Shown here: piece after piece, positions 62,520 through 64,000 of the stretch
Layout: the number at the start of each line of letters is the position of its first letter
Position numbering within the stretch: the first letter of the stretch is position 1
Assembly (NCBI RefSeq): GCF_001194135.2
Contig: NC_068986.1
Coordinates: 67,093,541-67,157,540 of the forward strand
Direction of reading: 5' to 3'
DNA: 64,000 bases
Source: Octopus bimaculoides
Taxonomy: Eukaryota
The notes under the pieces: generated by a model
Told to the model about the DNA's origin: nothing
The model's database searches: none
What the model saw: only the letters and a program-made list of their open reading frames with translations
Program-made: the position numbers and the translations under genes

Positions 62520-62725
62520 TGTGTGTGTGTGTGTGTCTTTGTGTTTGTCTCCTCCTCCGCTTCACAACCGGTGTTGCCTTGTTTACCTTTCTGTAACTTT
62601 GCATTTCAATGAAAAGAGGACAGTAGAATAAATACCAGGCTTAGGACTAGGGTCGATTTATTCGACTCGGACCCTTTAAGGCGGTACCACAACATAACCA
62701 CAATCTAGTGAGTGATAAAAGGATA
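62520..62725 (+). mobile_element. SINE family B, 3' half
   Basis: GCTTCACAACCGGTGTTG..TAGAATAAATACCAGGCTT..GGTCGATTTATTCGACT..AAGGCGGTACC. Confidence 0.75.
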
Positions 62726-63047
62726 ATATCAATATATACTGAATTAGTGTTAGAAAATTCCATTATTTACAGAGTCATAGGAGGTGACTAAAATCTTTTA
62801 AAACAGCTTAAAACATTTGTGTTGAACTCGTATGACTTGACGTTGATTCGCCACACTTCGTGATAGTTCATTAAGGTTTGGCCATACTGCTGGTACAGTC
62901 GAAATGTGAAAGCAGTTGAATTATAAAGAAAAGTTCGCAATGATTTGAGAAAAGCAGCTTTATAAGAGACTTGCATATAATATGTGAAAGTAGAAAATCT
63001 GTTGCACCATCTGCATTTTTCAGGAGGCACAAGATGTAACAGGGTCA

Positions 63048-63108
<61 letters not shown>

Positions 63109-63217
63109 GCGCGCGCATATGTATGTGGGCATATAATATACATATGCACATCATATATATATGTGTATACATGTATATATGTCTATGCACATGTGTGTAT
63201 GTGTGTGTGTGTATGTG

Positions 63218-63251
<34 letters not shown>

Positions 63252-64000
63252 TAAAGATAACAAAATAAGAGGANNNNNNNNNNNNNNNNNNNNNNNNNNN
63301 NNNNNNNNNNNNNNNNNNNNNNNNNNNNNNNNNNNNNNNNNNNNNNNNNNNNNNNNNNNNNNNNNNNNNNNNNNNNNNNNNNNNNNNNNNNNNNNNNNNN
63401 NNNNNNNNNNNNNNNNNNNNNNNNNNNNNNNNNNNTATATATATATATATATATTTATATATAAGTATACATATGAGAAAAGAAACTATAATGCGCAGAA
63501 ACAATTATCATACTAACAGGGAAATAGTGGAAAGAGTTACATTGGATGTTTCGAACAAAGAAAGTTCGTTTGCTGTAAGAGGCATATATTAAAGTTGTTT
63601 TATATAGCGTATACCTGTTACGTTCGATTAAATGGTTAAACTTTTGCAAGGATTTGATCTTTTTATGTGAATTATAGAAAATACGTCCATTTCAAATATT
63701 TTTACTATACAAAGTTGGTAGGCTATATTTATTACGTAGTGAAAATTAGTACCTTGAAGTTTACGCTCTCTTTTTCGTTTTTATGGTCTATTTGACACAA
63801 CTCAGTGTCATTGCTTCTCTTGAAGTTACGGTAAGTGTGTGAGTGTTGTTAGCATATGAAAATGAATAGTTTAGCTGGAAATCCAATATATGACACAGAT
63901 TTTGAGTAATTACTTACTACGCAAACAATACAGCGAAGTTTACATTTACTTTGTGATAGGCCGTTAATAGAGTTGATGTAATTGGAAGTATGAGTGTCAC

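Noticed and set aside
63538-63580. Minus-strand GAAC-TTTCTTT-GTTC-GAAA-CATCCAATGTA hammerhead-like half
   Set aside because: There is no CUGANGA core and no stem I complement.

Overview
AT-rich, repeat-saturated eukaryotic draft-assembly sequence with 12 N-gaps, mostly bounded by (TA)n/(CA)n microsatellites. The SINE families and repeat landscape look like an octopus/cephalopod genome (inference from recalled repeat families, not a database hit). I found no convincing host protein-coding gene, rRNA, tRNA gene or CRISPR array. Every long ORF in the supplied track is either a gap/microsatellite artefact or a decayed transposon fragment. Recognisable relics: R4/Dong-type RLE LINEs (3), RTE-clade LINEs (3), a Tx1/L1-like LINE, Penelope-like elements (PLEs; 2 GIY-YIG fragments plus several UTR-derived pieces), several mariner fragments, DD37D (maT) and DD41D (rosa) Tc1/mariner elements, a piggyBac relic, a near-complete Chapaev3 element and three tRNA-derived SINE families. 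Most interesting observations: (1) PLE-type type I hammerhead ribozyme motifs, one nearly intact at 4328-4385 with an extra A before G12 shared by a second copy; (2) non-autonomous Tc1/mariner derivatives built from two left ends (two copies, shared junction) or two right ends; (3) an RTE LINE with twin-priming-like 5' inversion geometry; (4) an R4-type LINE embedded in (TATG)n; (5) a 44-bp tandem repeat spanning the Chapaev3-host junction; (6) many fold-back structures. I cannot support a wholly new system. These are unusual variants of known mobile-element biology. Most boundaries were read by eye and are approximate to about 10-20 bp unless a TSD or TIR is quoted.
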